A stretch of 64,000 nucleotides of DNA from Amoebidium appalachense (lineage: Eukaryota > Protista > Ichthyosporea): the NCBI GenBank assembly GCA_963693365.1, contig CAVNZM010000008.1:806001-870000 (forward strand), in the 5' to 3' direction. Positions 20,787-58,433 of the stretch are shown here, piece after piece. The notes under the pieces were generated by a model. It worked only from the letters and a program-made list of their open reading frames with translations. It did no database searches and had not been told where the DNA came from. A program made the position numbers and the translations under genes. Position 1 is the stretch's first letter. Every line of letters begins with the position of its first letter.

Positions 20787-22763
20787 ATGGTGCGCATGTT
20801 TTCGTCCACGCACACGTACCAGCACAGTTGGGAGGACGTCAGCTATGCCTTCCTGCGCAAGTACCCCAACCCCCTTAGCAGCCACGTGCTGGGGTGCGAC
20901 GTAGTAAACAGGTCCATCGATGAGACCGGTGTTCTTCACTCCGTGCGCTTGATCAACAAAAAGGCGAAAGACAAGCCCAGAATTGCTGAGTATTTCACAA
21001 AGGGGTCTAATGGCTGGCTGCTTGAAGAGTCAACCATAGATCCCAACAAGAAGGTCATGGTCACCATCACACGCAATCTGACTCTGCGGTCTATTCTGAA
21101 GGTCGAGGAGAGGTGCACCTACTCGGTGTCTGCTGAGAACAACCAGTGGTGAGTGCTCCTCGTATCACACTCGTAACTTCGGCAACTATTTTTTGTGATT
21201 GCTTGTGCTTTGAACACACTGACTTGGTGTTGGTTTGTTCCTATCGTTTTTGGGTGGCCAATTGGGAGGTTGTTTAGCCAATTTGGGCACCGACCATTTA
21301 TCTAGTGTGAATGGGGGGGAGGGGGTCGACCTGCTGGTGGGGGGTGACGTGTTGTGTTTTTTCCGCCCGTGGTGCGTGTGGGTGGGTTGGTGTGTATATG
21401 TTTTTTTTGGGGGGGGGGGGGGGGGTTGGGCAACCTCTTTCATCTTGCCGAGGGTGATGTTTTTGTGTGATGTGTCCATCACACGTCCTACATGGCACAC
21501 GAGGTGTGACGTGGTTTCGTTTGTCTGACCTGTTCACACACAGGACGGAGTGCAAAACAGAGGCTCACTTTTCGTCCCCCATATGGGGCTGGTCACACAC
21601 TGTCGAGGGTGTCTCTCTTGAAAAGTTTAAGGGAAGCATGGGCAAGGTATGCATATCATCCCCCCTCCCCCCCTCCTAGGGCACCTTCAGTCCGTTCCGC
21701 ACATTTTTCCTGGACGTTTGACACGTGTGTAGCTTGAGTCCCTCCCCCCCCCCCCCCCCTCCCCCTCTCATACACTTGACCGTTTTATTAGCTACTAACT
21801 TATTTTCGTACTCTCGCTGTTACCACACTGTTTGCCCGTGCCCTCCCCCCCCCTCCCCCGGGGGTGCGTGTTGAAGCTGCATGTTCAAATATTTGCTGTT
21901 GCATCTGTCCTGCACAGTATTTCTCATCTCGTTGCACTTTGGTGTTCTCCATTCCCCCCCCCCCCCCCCCCCCCTTCAGCTCTCATGAACTTGACTTATT
22001 TGCTAGTTAACTCTGTATCTGCTTTGTTACCACTCACCCACCCCCCTTCCTCCCTCTGCTTTGTTACCACTCACCCACCCCCCTCCCTCCCTCCCCCCGC
22101 TCCCCTTTCAGTCTGCTTGCTAGTAACCCACCGTATTTCGAGCAGCTTACATGGAAAACGCAAAATTCAAAGGTTTAAGTTGGTTATCACACTGCGCTAA
22201 CTCAATAGGGCATTTTTGCCCTTTTTGGTTGCATTTTGTTTCCCCCCCCCCCCCCCATGACTTGGGCCCTCCCTGAGGATGGGCTCTGCTTATGACGCAT
22301 ACTGTGCGCATGGCTGATGCTGCATAGTTGAATGTTTGCCTTTGCATGTGTCCTGCACCATGCTTCTCATCGTGTATGCGTACTTCGTACTGTGTTCCGC
22401 ATTCAAACCCCCCCCCCCCCCCCCCCCTCCCTCCCTCCCTCACTCCCCACGCATTGCCTTGCCTTTGGTTCTTTACGACCATATCCGAGCACATCTAGTT
22501 GAGGACAAGGATGTTGCCGTGGCTGTGATTATTCACTTATATAGCTCTAGAATTTCTGAGCACCAATGACGACAAAAAACTATGAGCCACGCTTTGTGCT
22601 CTGACACTAGGCTCCTTGCTGCTTGTTCATGCACGTGCTAACGCTCGAATGTGTTTGGTTACAGGCACGGGAGGCACTCGAGTATGTAATTGACACGGTG
22701 GTCAAGAGAGAGAGACACCGCCATCACCTGCCAGCCCTTAAAGCAACAGCTGCATCACCCTGA
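20787..22763 (+). CDS. PRELI/MSF1-domain mitochondrial intermembrane-space lipid-transfer protein (Ups/PRELID family), 3 coding exons, ~187 aa
   Basis: Exons 20787-21148, 21544-21646, 22665-22763. Motifs: HSWEDVSYAFLRKYPNPLSSHVLGCDVVNRSID, EESTIDP..KVM...TRNL, LKVEERCTY, KAREALEYVI. A probable 5'-UTR intron lies at ~20708-20773. Confidence 0.92.
22257..22407 (+). mobile_element. Dispersed repeat copy (5'-truncated, subfamily A), ending GCATTCAAA + poly-C
   Basis: Close reverse-complement match to ~37291-37425. It keeps GGGCCCTCC-CTGAGGA-TGGGCTCTG and lies in PRELI intron 2. Confidence 0.75.
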
Positions 22764-23959
22764 AAGGTGGCTGTGTTATCGGTTTGGTTTATAGCACACG
22801 AAAAAGACGTTGTACATAGTGTTTCAGTCGCAAACATCAATATTTCCGAATCTAGGGTCCTAGCAAGGCTGGAGAAGAAAGCAAACGATGTGTGGATTGC
22901 TCTATTGCTCGGATGGTCCCTCTCTACCGCGCGAGGGCATGGCTTGTTGCCCGAAAGGTACTTGGTATGAACGTAGGGTTAGATGTTTTTATGGAGAGGT
23001 TTTGTAAAGTATTGATCACATTGTTGTGCCTCAATGACAGTGTACTGAAAGGCAATTTCTGGCATGTAGGCATCGTTGTCAAAACACTAAAATGTCCCTT
23101 TTCAGAATCAGACGTGTGGGCAGTGCCCGGACATAGATGCATGTAGATGAATTCGTTCATGAGTACGTGCTACCTTTTTTAATGAACATAAGAAATATAC
23201 GGACGTTTCTGACTTTCGTGTGGATGCTGCGATGACAAAGCAGCTCCGGCCGCGGATTCGACTGCTTCACTTCTTTATTCCTCCTGCATAGTGTACACGT
23301 TACCAGCTGATGCTACCTACAATTACATCAGTCTTTCACTTTACATTAGTACTCGGATATGAATGGAAGGCACATCGAGGTCTGGCAAGAATGGGCCGAC
23401 TAGCCTCTGGAGGACTGCTGGCAACATTACGTCTTTATTTTATGGTTCACACCGGCCGACTCGAGGGCAAAGGCTTGAGGTTGAAAGGGATTGCTCCCAA
23501 GGCTGCAGCCTCGGAGAGCTGAGCATGCTGTCTCAAAAATTACAACAAACCTCGCAACTAAAAAGCCATGTACTCTTTCGGGTATCGGTGCCACATGTCA
23601 CGAGCAGCCGACAGTGCTTGCAATTGAAGTCGCTGACTAAAGCTTTGAACAGTTGAATTCAGCAGCTCCTTGAAGCCTTGGTAGATCTAGAAAGACAGTG
23701 GTGTCGTGAGTCTAACCGCAAACTATCCCGCTGCATGGCACATGACACGGCACCTGCGTTGAATAAAGGGGTTTCACTGCAGGCCCTACTATGAGGTTTA
23801 CTGTTTACTGCCGCCCAGTTGTATGTATTGGCGTTCGAGACTTGGGTGGAATGAGAGAAGAATGCAGGATGCCTGCTTTCGGATGGCTTCCCATGAGAAC
23901 CACGTGAAAGCGGGAATACCAAAAAAGGCAACAACGCTCAATATGCGAAGATAATTGTT

Positions 23960-24070
23960 TTGCTATTGGCTCACAATCACTAAATTGCTTTCACCGCGCA
24001 CATTTCGATTACCGATCTGCGCGATGATTGGTTAGTTGTGGGGACGAGGGCGGGGTCACTATATATAGGT
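23960..24070 (+). promoter_or_regulatory. Core promoter of the malic enzyme gene
   Basis: Reverse CCAAT boxes (ATTGG 23965 and 24027), a GC box GGGCGGGG at 24048-24055 and TATATATA at 24060-24067, ~120 bp upstream of the ATG. Confidence 0.6.
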
Positions 24071-24184
24071 GCAGCACCTCAATTATCGTTCCAAAACCAG
24101 CTTATTTTAGTTGTTTTTTTTTTTTGGCTATTCTCCCCTCCCGGTCTCAGTTCCCATATTGGACAAGCTCTATCAGTCGGCAAA

Positions 24185-32855
<8,671 letters not shown>

Positions 32856-33810
32856 ATAGCATAAAGGCAACCAACATGCATATATGTTTTTAACACCCAT
32901 ATACACACACCACAAGGTTTAGTATAGTACAGTGTGGCACATATTCGAAACACATGCACCAGTAGAATGATTGCACCCCATACCACGTGATTGCATGGGA
33001 GTTGGTTGGCCCGACAGTGTTGGGTCCCGCCACCTGCACCATGCGGGCATTGCTGATCTTGATCCAATCATGTGTGTTTATTTAAAATGTACGTCTGTAT
33101 TTTGATTGGCGGTTATGGCGGTCGGGCCACTGGCTGGCTATTATGGTCTGTGAAAACAATGTCATGTACAATGTTTTGTATTAACAATAGATGTAAATGA
33201 TGTTTCGTGTTTAATAAACCTTTTTCTACCAAACACTTTTACCTCCCCGCACACGGTGTTGTCCATCGTGAGTGTGAGTTTCGTAATCTGCCAGGCTCTA
33301 AACGAAATATACACACCAACACGAACACGCACACCACTGTCCAAACACTACGGCACATGATTTTACACGGCCACGTGCACACTCTGCACACCAATACGCA
33401 TACGTGTGCACACATATGTGCGGGATTGTGCCAAGGATACGCACACACACACATGTGCACTGTGACACACACTCTCTCTGCTACATGCACATAGCAGTGC
33501 GCGTGTTATATGCATGATGGTGTTCAGCGTGAGGCCTGCTAGCTGCTATTACCAACTGCAAAGTGCCGCATGCGTGACAAGGGTTTTGGCAGTTTGAAAT
33601 AGTAGGAAGCAGGGCATGCATCTATTGCTCCGCAAGTGCATGCATAGTTGTTGATGTGTGGCTGTCTACATTACATATATATGGTGTACGTGTGTGCAGT
33701 GTGTGCGGTGGTCGCGGGAGAGGGGGGAGGGAGTCTAGGGTTGTCTAATTTTGCCGTGACGGAGCACTGCCAGGCGGCTCAGCAGCCCCCCCCCCCCCCC
33801 CCCCCCCCCC

Positions 33811-33849
<39 letters not shown>

Positions 33850-34413
33850 CCCCCCCCCCGCGGCCTCCCTCCCTCCTTACCCCCTCCCGACGCGGCCGTG
33901 TTCAGTCAACGGTTAGGTCGAATGAGTAGTGAGGCCTTGAATTAGGACCAAGCCCCCTCTGCCCCCCCGGCCCTACCTATATATGGCAAACGTGCTTGCT
34001 ACATTTAACCCTGCAGGGGTGATGGATATGGGCGTGCTTTGGGGACTATGTATATGGTGACAGGCTGCTGTGGCGAATAATTCTACTTTTACAGAACACT
34101 TCCGGCCCTTCCTAAAGGCAACTATTTAAAGATAATGCTAATAATAATCTTATGGCCTGACAAATTAATGGGGTTTCGAAGTACTATACAGAGTGCGTGT
34201 GTTTTTGCATTTGTGGGTGTTAGTCGCGGGCTACCGACTTAGTCTTACAGATGCCCCACACCAACTTCACTAGAACGGGCAAGGGATGGGGGAGACGGGG
34301 CGAGCCAGGAAGAATGCATGAAGTACAACATACAGATTCACGGGACGACACAGAATACATATCCTGATCCAAATTACACACAAAGGGAGCAATGGACATT
34401 GCATCATAAGAGT

Positions 34414-34454
<41 letters not shown>

Positions 34455-34461
34455 TCTTTTC

Positions 34462-34494
<33 letters not shown>

Positions 34495-34531
34495 TGGGGT
34501 GGTGGTGGTGGTGGTGGTGGATGGGGGTAGT

Positions 34532-34578
<47 letters not shown>

Positions 34579-34600
34579 GAGGGGGGGGGGGGGAGTGATG

Positions 34601-34854
34601 TATGCGTTAGAGGGTCGGAAATATGGAGGAGATAACAACGAGCATCAACAAAACGTCACAAAAGTGGGAAATCCAAAAACAATTTAAGCGTGCAGGCAGG
34701 AGACACTTGAACAGAGCCCATCATCAGGGGGGTTCCTATGCCTCCACAAAAGCATGGGTTTCGACACTTTAACCTCTCGCGCGTGGTTCCCAACCCATAC
34801 TTTGTTTCAACAGCAATATAGGCGAGTCCACCCGTCTTGGCCAAAGACGAGCAG
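34601..34854 (-). mobile_element. Dispersed repeat copy (subfamily C), near full length, intact hammerhead-like core
   Basis: The minus strand reads 5' hairpin CTCGTCTT..AAGACGGG, then AAAGTATGGG-TT-GGG...GTGTC-GAAA-CCCATGCTTT...CCCCC-CTGATGA-TGGGCTCTG. It ends at a long poly-C. Homologous to 51560-51720, 57510-57752 and 63631-63842. Confidence 0.75.
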
Positions 34855-35448
34855 CGGCGGGGGTGGAGTGGCGAGGGGAGGGAAGGGGGAGGGCACGGGC
34901 TTTAAAACCATGTCACATAAATCAGTGTGAAACCATTTTACCAACAGTGAAGACATTGCTGCACAGCGGCCATGCCTCGGAGACCTCGGTGCTACTTCGC
35001 ACGTTTGTGCCAAAAATAGCGGGCCATACTTATGTCACCGTTCCTTCACATACTACACCATCCTTGCTCCATGGGATTTATTCATATCTGCTACACAAAT
35101 GGTACCTTTACTTCATAAAAAAAAGCGTGTCCTACACAAGAAGAAGATACTTTCAATATAGAGGCGCACCACTAAGTTCGATAAAGAATAGGGGGTGACA
35201 GTCATGTACTCATCGATCACAAATACAGGTGCGCGCGTGTATCCACAAAACTGCCACATGCTGCGTATATGAGTGTGAATATATCAACAGAGGTCAAATG
35301 TCATATAGTAATACATGTTCACGTATATGCTTAATCGAGATGGAAAATTATATCATAGCCTACCTTCCTACAACATGCACGATTGACCAGCTAGCACGTG
35401 CTTTAACACAAGTGCACACACACAACCACGTGCACAACATCACACCCA

Positions 35449-35661
35449 CTATGCCGCCTTAGCCTTAATGGGGTAGATCAGTTCTGTGTTGAACAGCTTG
35501 TCCCAGAACTTGGAGGTGATGCCAAAACCCTCTGAGAAGTTCATGTAGTGGTGGTTGAGGTGGTATGTCTTCATCTCCCGCAGGTACTGTTGTGGCAACA
35601 AAGTCAGAACTTGTGCCCCTTCTACATAACCAGAAATTGCACCCACCACGGTGAAGACCCA

Positions 35662-35694
<33 letters not shown>

Positions 35695-36388
35695 ACACAC
35701 ACACAAACCATCACACTCGAAACGCATACACATCCACATAAAGCAACCCCCCCCCCCCCCCCCCCCCCCCCCCTCTCCCTTGCAGAGCCAACACCCACCA
35801 CAAACACGCAACCATATTTGCCCCCTGGACACATAGCGCACATCAGCCGACTCAGTATTATCAAAGTGCATTGCTATAACCTCCTTTAGCCCGCTTCCCC
35901 CCCCCCCCCCCCCCCCCCCCCCCATCCCCCGGGGACACCACCACCACCACCACCACACACACACACACACACACACCGCCCCGAGCCAGCAGGCGCGGCA
36001 CCCACGCAAACACACATAGCTACCCACAACTACCCCGTACACCACCCACACGCCACCACATGCATCACAACCAACCCACCCAGACCCCAATACTCACACA
36101 CATCACCTATAAACATCCCTTCACACACCACCATCAACCACCCACACACGTTGCCCATATACACCCACACATCACCCCCAACCAGCTGCCCACACCACCT
36201 ACACACCTTTGTCAGGGGGCGGCCATGGTGCACGTAGAAGTGCATCAGGTCGTAGCACACGTAGCCAAACACCGTGCCGGCACCCACACCACAGCAGGTC
36301 TCAAAGCTGAAGATTAGGCGGTACATGTGGAACACAATGCTCATGAGGATGAAGAAAAGCGCAGGCGGCATCACAAGGCGGTACCTGT

Positions 36389-36474
<86 letters not shown>

Positions 36475-37808
36475 GGGGGGGGTTAGCACAAAGCAACACA
36501 TGTGGTGGGTCCCTAGTACGTGTGCTGGTGTAGGTGCCTGCCTAGGTGCATGTATGCAAGGAAAGTGGGCATCGTATACAATGCTCGCACAAATAGTGAG
36601 CACCAATCGGCGCAAGGCAGGTTATGTGACACGATTGGATGATGGTTTTTCTCTAACAAACAATACTCTGAGCGAAACGAAATTCCCAAATGGAAAACAC
36701 CAGAATCGACCAACCATATGACCGCAAAAACATGACCCATTTTCCAATGTGAGCACTGAAAATGAATGAATGCACATACCCACGGAACCGGACACCATCC
36801 CATCGTTCCCATGGCGATCTATGCAGCTTACGCAAACAACTGACTATCTATTCCCTGCGTTCGGCGTTTAAATCATCCCACTAAGACGCACACAGGCACA
36901 CACACACACACACACACACAGAGACTGGCACCCACCTGTCCATGGGCAGGAAGTGGTGAACCCCATGGGTGAAGAAGTGGAAGAAGAACACCTTGGGGTG
37001 GTCCGGCATCAGGTCTGTAGGCACGCCATTAGTGAGCCACAGTTCCCATAGGAAAAATATCAGTACGGCGGTTTGCTGACGTGCACAGTGGGTGCGTGTG
37101 CATGTGTAACCGACAAACATGTCTTCGAATCGGCCAGACTTTGCTTGTGCACCTGGTGCACAAGCAATCTAACGACTACACACAAAAAGGGTCGGGAATC
37201 AATATGGATTAGGCCTTTCATAAAGGATGTGTGTGTGTGTGTGTGTGTGTGTTTGGAGGGGGTGGGGGGGGGGGGGGGGGGGGGGGGGGGTTTGAATGCG
37301 GAACACGGTACGAAGTACGCATACACGAAGGACACATGCAAAGGCAAACATTCAAGTATGCAACATAGCCATGCGCACAGTATGCGTCATAAGCAGAGCC
37401 CATCCTCAGGGAGGGCCCAAGTCATCAATTGCGTCTGAGTTTCGACCCCTTAGCCCGCGTATATACGACTCTCCAACTCAGACAGCAGCATCAACTGAAC
37501 TTGGGAGGGTCAACCCGTCTTGATCAAAGACGAGCAGGGTTGCTTATGCAAGCAAGGTGAGAAAAACGGTGAATATGTGTGTGCAAACTAATGCAGTGCA
37601 GCGAAAAATGCGAATGTGCTTACAGATGCACGACACAGAGCAACCATGCCCGGTTGCATGGAAGTAAAGCGGTCTCCACACAGTGGTCTGTCCTGAAAGG
37701 ACACCTCTGAAAGAAGACTGGGGGGTTTGAATGCGGAACACGGTACGAAGGTACCCATACACGAAGGACACATGCAAAGGCAAACATTCAAGTATGGTGT
37801 GTGTGTGT

Positions 37809-37865
<57 letters not shown>

Positions 37866-38042
37866 GGGAGGGGAAGGGGGTAAGGGCGAAGGGGAAGAGA
37901 GAGAAAGAGAGACATGCAAGAAAGTGGACCGATGCATGAAGCTTAACAGCCTAAAATCAATGATGATTGTGTGGATACATGTACATCCATGTGCGTGAAT
38001 GTACACGGGTGCATATGTGTCCGTGCTCTTGACTACTGTGTT

Positions 38043-38077
<35 letters not shown>

Positions 38078-38378
38078 TGTGCTCACCCGGAATATGCGTA
38101 GCAAAGCGAAATAAACCATGTGTGTGTATGTGCAACTGCCAATGTGCCTGTGCACGCACGACCCTCTATGTGTTTGCGTGTGTGAGCGTGGTGCTTGCAA
38201 GTACATTCATGCACAAAGCCTTGTGTGTACATCACACTCCTTTCTAAATGCATGTTGATATTTTCTATTCTCGTGAAGGTGCACCCACGTCTACATTTTT
38301 GTCACTTGCTCGCATGCCTGTCTGTGGTCGGCAAACACTTGCAAGTGTTCTTGCAGGATGTGTGCCTGCATATGTGGC

Positions 38379-38410
<32 letters not shown>

Positions 38411-39069
38411 TGTGTGTGGGGGGGGGGGAGTACACGTGTGGCCGTGTGTACAGACACACGTGTATGTTCAGTCCGTATGTGTGCTGTCAGGCACGTACCG
38501 TCGACATGGAACACAAATCTGTGCATAGAGTACTCGACCAGGGTCCAGTGCACCACCCCGATGGCAAACATCATCCACACAGCCCGCACACTGTAAACGG
38601 TCGAGGCCAGATACATCCACAGGCCGGCCCATGGCAGCCAGATGATGGGGATCATGTACCACGGTGTCAGCGACAGGAACTCGAGCCGAGGATCGGCAAA
38701 GATCGGCGCACTGGACCCTATATATGCACCACATTGTCAGCGTGGAGGTAGGTGGGTGCCATGGGGTCATGTGCACAGGGCAACACACGTGCACACACAC
38801 ACACACACAAACACAAACACAAACACCACGGACAGGTGCCCACCCCCTTTTAACACCCACTTAGTCCCATCCACCCCCCCCCCCCCCCTCTTCCCCTTCA
38901 ACACACAGACACCACCACTACAACGCATTACACACCCAGCCTGACCCTATGTAGGAAAGAAAAGCATATGAAGTACTTGACGACCCGCACCCCCCAGAGC
39001 CGTGGCTCCATATGGCCTTATACACCTCATCATCTCATGCCCCCTTCACACACCCCATATCCCACATTA

Positions 39070-39100
<31 letters not shown>

Positions 39101-39585
39101 TACCCACCCACCCCACCCCCCGTGCCCGCACGCATGGGCACGTACCGTCCTTCACGTGTCTAGCTATGTGGACCTGCTTGACATAGTATTCCTTTGTGAA
39201 GTTGTTGTACCACATTTGGGGCATCATGGGCTTTGTGATGTCGATGAAGTTGGGGTCAGCCTCACTCTCGTTGTGTGCCTTGTGCTCGCTATTCTCGTCC
39301 ATCTCGCCAATGTAGTATTCCTTCAGCACCTCGTACGCACTCTCGCTGTGTTTGTGCTCAAACGGGTCCGCCATCACGTCTGTTACGTCCTAAAAAACAC
39401 AGAGAAGGGTGGTTAGGGTGAAAGAATAGGTCCACGCTGAAGGCCACAACCGGAATGAGAGAGAGAGCAATAAGGAGGGGGTAAGCAGTGATGATGGAAG
39501 AACGGTGAGGGAATAATGCACCCACGAAGACATATCATAAGAACAGAAGCCTTATCTCCCACACATTGCTCCTTATCTAACCACC

Positions 39586-39619
<34 letters not shown>

Positions 39620-39939
39620 AACACCCACACGCCCCATATTGCCTCCACGTGTCTCGGTGTGCCCGAAAAAACGACACTAAAGAAGTTTTTTTTTTTTTTT
39701 TTTTTTTTTTTGGGGGGGGGGGGGGGGGGAATGGAAAACACCAGGTGTAGAAGAACAAAACTCATAAAGCGAAAGTACACCAGTAATACCCATTAATGAT
39801 ATCGGGAGGGGGGGCAAAGGGCAGGTTTTGGATTGCATCAGGGATCAAGAGTACTGATGCACAATATTGTCAGGCTGCGCAAAACGGAGTGTTATGCAAA
39901 AACAAACAGGCAAACACGTGCAACATCAGCCGAGATCAT

Positions 39940-39976
<37 letters not shown>

Positions 39977-40097
39977 CGGGAGTTTGAATGTGCTACATAG
40001 GGAGTACAGAGCATATATTCAAGGCAGGCGGACAATACAACGCATAGTGCAAAACACACAGAGCATGCATTATAAGTCGGGCCCATCCTTGGCCAGG

Positions 40098-40176
<79 letters not shown>

Positions 40177-41673
40177 GTGTACACACACACGCGTGTGTAT
40201 GTGGCGGGAGGGGAGGGGGGGAGTGCGGGGGTGGGGGGAGGATCAGTGGGCAAAGCCATTTGTAGCAATGAAGTTTTGACTCTTCCAACCCAGAAATACG
40301 GTTGGGTCGGGAGTGGTGGTGGTGGCGGTGCAGTGTGCACGTGGATGTATGTAAACGGCAAAGGGGGGGAAGGGGGGGCTAGGATGTGTTGAGCACAAAA
40401 GATATGCCATGCAGGCAAAACCCAAAGAAACCCCTGGTTGGCTATGTGTATGTGTAGCACACGTGTGTTTCTGTTCGCGCATGTATTGTGTTCACAAAAG
40501 ATATGCCATGCAGGCAAAACCCAAAGAAACCCCTGGTTGGCTATGTGTATGTGTAGCACACGTGTGTTTCTGTTCGCGCATGTATTGTGTTCAGACAGTT
40601 ATGTTGATTGGGCGTGTTGTGTCTCTGCATACACACTTCTCACAAAAGCAAGTGGGGCACAAACGTGTACGCTGTGAGCCTAAAAGCAAGATGTTTGTGC
40701 AATGGCTTAGGCACTCTTTCGGTTGTGTTCACAGCATTGCGCAAGAGCATAAGAGCGTGCATGGTTGCATCTTTGTGGCTGACGTATTTGTACCTACGGA
40801 CGCGCACAAAGCAAATAAGTGTACTTCCATTTCTTTGAGACTGTGTTAAGGTGTGAACGTGAGGTTTGAGCGTGTGTGTCCAGTGGCTGTGTAAAACAGT
40901 TGGCCGTGTGTGTGTGCTGGTGCGCCGCTATGTGTGAATGCCAGAAAGGAGCAGGTACGAATACCCAGGCACAGGTACAGGCTCCACTCGTGAGCAACTT
41001 CTATACGGATTAACGTTCATTGCAAAGACACAATTTCCCGTTCCGAAGAGGTAGCACATGGCCCAAAGCAGAGTGCTTTGGGGGAAAACAAAAGTCCAGG
41101 TACGTGCCACGTACTTGTATCTATGACTAACTAACAGCAGCAAGTCAGTTATATTCCTACTGCTGCCAGCCTTTTACAAAAACCAAAGCCCCGATTTACA
41201 GGCACACCAAGGTACAGTTCTGTCACTTCCAAACCCATATCTGTTGTCACTAAAAACCATGCCAGCGAAAGCCATAAAAGGAGCCCACACCAAACCAGCA
41301 ACCACCTGTTCTCAGCACCCTTATCACCTGTTCTCAACACCCTTATAAACAAACGATACATGCAGGGCAAGCACGCCTGCGCACGGGAAAGGCATGAGTG
41401 TATCTTTCCTCTCTTCCTTGTCAAAGGGGTCCACATAACCACACAAGCACACGCAGGAGACACACCAGCACGCGCACACAGGAACAGAAATATCTGCAAA
41501 TAACCCACCTTGCCACCATACATCAGGATCAAGTCCGGGCCCCCCGGGTGATCCTGTGCAAACGACGTAACATCGTACACTCGTCCATTCCGTGTGATCC
41601 ACAAATTGTCAGCCGTTTTATGCGCTGCAACCTCGTCAGCAGAATAAACGACTCTTTTCTCGGCAGCAGTCAT
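35449..41673 (-). CDS. FA2H: Fatty acid 2-hydroxylase (Scs7/FA2H) with N-terminal cytochrome b5 domain, 6 exons, ~340 aa
   Basis: Exons 41673-41509, 39389-39146, 38717-38499, 37014-36936, 36384-36207, 35586-35449. b5 motifs VYDVTSFAQDHPGG and HKHSESAY. His boxes EYSMHRFVFH, HFFTHGVHHFLPMDRYRLVMPP, YDLMHFYVHH, YHLNHHY, then GFGITSKFWD. Confidence 0.96.
37291..37537 (-). mobile_element. Dispersed repeat copy (subfamily A), near full length, intact hammerhead-like core
   Basis: The minus strand reads CTCGTCTTTGATCAAGACGGG...GTCTGAG-TT-GGAG...GGGGTC-GAAA-CTCAGAC...CTCC-CTGAGGA-TG-GGCTCT...GCATTCAAA-poly-C. A second tail fragment lies at 37726-37795. Confidence 0.75.
39982..40092 (-). mobile_element. 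Diverged 3' fragment of the dispersed repeat
   Basis: The minus strand reads CCAAGGATGGGCCCGACTTATAATGCATGCTCT...TTTGCACT...GCACATTCAAAC, resembling the subfamily B tail. Confidence 0.45.
40394..40591. repeat. Perfect 99-bp direct tandem duplication in FA2H intron 1
   Basis: The unit CACAAAAGATATGCCATGCAGG...GCATGTATTGTGTT starts at 40394 and again at 40493. Confidence 0.9.
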
Positions 41674-43361
41674 CTTGCCGTTTATCTTCCTGTAACTAGG
41701 ACAGTTTTTGTATTCTCACGACCAAAACATGGAAAACAATATAACCGCACAGTAGTACTAGCCTCGCTTCAACATCAAAATGTGTGTAGGGCATAAAAAA
41801 CAAAAAAAAATTGGACATGTGCCCATCATGGCACGCACCGGCTTATATACTTGGCGCTGCCTGCTGCACGAATATAATTGGCTTAGAACGTTCGACCGTT
41901 ACATTCCTAAGGGATGCTTTGAGGGGATTGGTCGATCTTTCCTGACAAAACACATGACGCAGAGCGCGGTAAAGAAAATCCAAGGAAAATATTTCAAAAT
42001 AAACATGGCAAAAACAAGCTTCTCAGTAGTAGTAGTAGCTCGCCACGGTCACATGTCGCTAGTAGATGCCTATATTCCTAATTATATGTAAGTGTACGTG
42101 TTAAATACACCGGGATACAAGGGATTATACTTCTATTTAACCGGGCAGTATGTCGCTGCAACAGTGCAACCTGCACGCAACGTACAGATGATCTGTACAC
42201 GAAAGTTGAACAAAGTGCACTCTATTTTTTAGGACAGATGGAATTCACGTGCCAGGGCCCGGGTACCGAGCATGTTGTACTGTATGTACACGAGTACATC
42301 CTGTGCGCGTCACCTCTGATATTGCACATGTACACAGATTTCCTACATTTACAGCTGCATGGATGTTGTGCTACTCAACAATACTAAATTCTCAGCGTTA
42401 ACTTCACGTGTGCAGAAATGTGTGCGGCTTATGTGGCAAGGTCGACGCGTCTGTACGGGAGTCAAATAAACTACACATGCATGGCAACATGATATTTTAC
42501 ATTGGCCATATGCATGCTTTTGCTAAAGTCGGATCCTGTCCGTGTTAGTGCCCTATGACTGAGGCCATGCCATGGTGGAAAAAGCATATTACCCCCTCCC
42601 CCCGGCCTCCCTCCAATTTTTTTTTCCTTTTTTTTTCACATCACGAGATCGAAGTGGGCCCCCACAGCAGCACTGTGCATGCTCGACCACATGGTGTGGA
42701 TGTACAATCACGTGTGATCATATGCTCAAGTTTTTATTGTTAGAGCTTGACCTACCACCTGTTAAGTAAATAGACAGGGAGGGTTTGTTCCCTGTAGTGT
42801 TTCGTAAGCGAACGGTCGGGTAATCGTGACGTCCGAATTTCACATTTTCGCAAAACTTACAGCAACTGCTACACTTGGCTGCAGGGATCGATGATATCTG
42901 AAAGTACGTGCATTTGTCAAGCATGATCCTCCAACTGATTCTAAACTACTGCAGGCACATGTTGTGATTCGTGCAGACGCACAACCACGTGTATACATAC
43001 CTGCACATACCTACAAAGAAACAGGTTCGAACTCAAACGCCGAGCAAAGAAATTCACGGTAATCCACATGGACTAGAGCTAACAGTGTGTGCGGAAACCA
43101 GATCTAGAACTAGAAGTTCAAGGCCACGGACAAGTCACAGCCTCACAGGTCCGCCCCTTAATTCAATAACGGTCACTATCTGACAACAAGAATTTCTGTC
43201 CTATCACAACATCTTGCAACTATTTGAACATTCATCTTCGTTCTACTACTTTTGATTTTGCGGCCTAAAGTAATCCATCACATAACCGGTGCTTGGTGAG
43301 GTCCCCCGGGGTGGTTATGCATCATTTGCTCCAATATTAAGAAGTCGTGCTCGCTGACGAG

Positions 43362-51875
<8,514 letters not shown>

Positions 51876-52086
51876 CTGGTCTGGTGGGCCGGGAAAGGGA
51901 CGCACCTATGATAGGAAGGGGTGAATTGGTGCAGGTACACAAACACAGCACAGATTTGACTGCGAGAGACTTTCAGCCACTCGGCAGGTCCCAAAAAGAT
52001 TCTTGACTCAATAACAGCTAATTTTTATAGATTATATGTTAATCTAATTCAGGGATCATTGTTCTTCAGGACAAAAAGGAAACAAA

Positions 52087-57865
<5,779 letters not shown>

Positions 57866-58401
57866 CTGGTCTGGTGGGCCGGGAGAGGGAAGCACCTATG
57901 ATGGGAGGGGGTGTGTAGGCACAGGCACACAAACACAGCACAGATTTGACTGCGAAAGACTTTCAGCCGCTCAGCAGATCACAAAAGATTCTTGACTCGA
58001 TAACAACTATTGTTTAAAGATTAAATGTGGATCTAATTCAGGAACTCCTTCAGGACGAAACGGAAGCAAATCACATGTTTTCATTTTTGCTATTGCAAGC
58101 TATCACAATGACCCATCGATATGTTTTTTCTACTTATTCTGAGTGTGTTGTATGGAGGTACGGGGCCCGATTCTCAAAGGCTCAGAGGCTAAGATGATGA
58201 GCCGCTATATTAAATTTGGGATTTTTATGCATGACCACACAATGTTACGCACAAAAATGTCGACCAACCAGTTCCAAATTACAGCAACCGATCAAGAACC
58301 GGAGCCGATCATAAAGAATCGTATGAGTTTGGATTTCCATATAATCTAGTCACAACCCACCAATCACAATTGGCTTTGCAGCCAAATCCATGACACACAC
58401 A

Positions 58402-58433
<32 letters not shown>

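Noticed and set aside
34700-34810. Repeat head as a C/D snoRNA, SECIS or tRNA-derived SINE head
   Set aside because: TGATGA varies to TGAGGA and has no downstream D box with a terminal stem. There is no SECIS apical AA geometry, and GTTTCGAC lacks an A box or cloverleaf. The hammerhead reading explains more of the conserved positions.
41800-43300. Short ORFs between FA2H and the repeat-gene cluster
   Set aside because: No motifs or convincing splice structure; probably promoter and 3'-UTR DNA.
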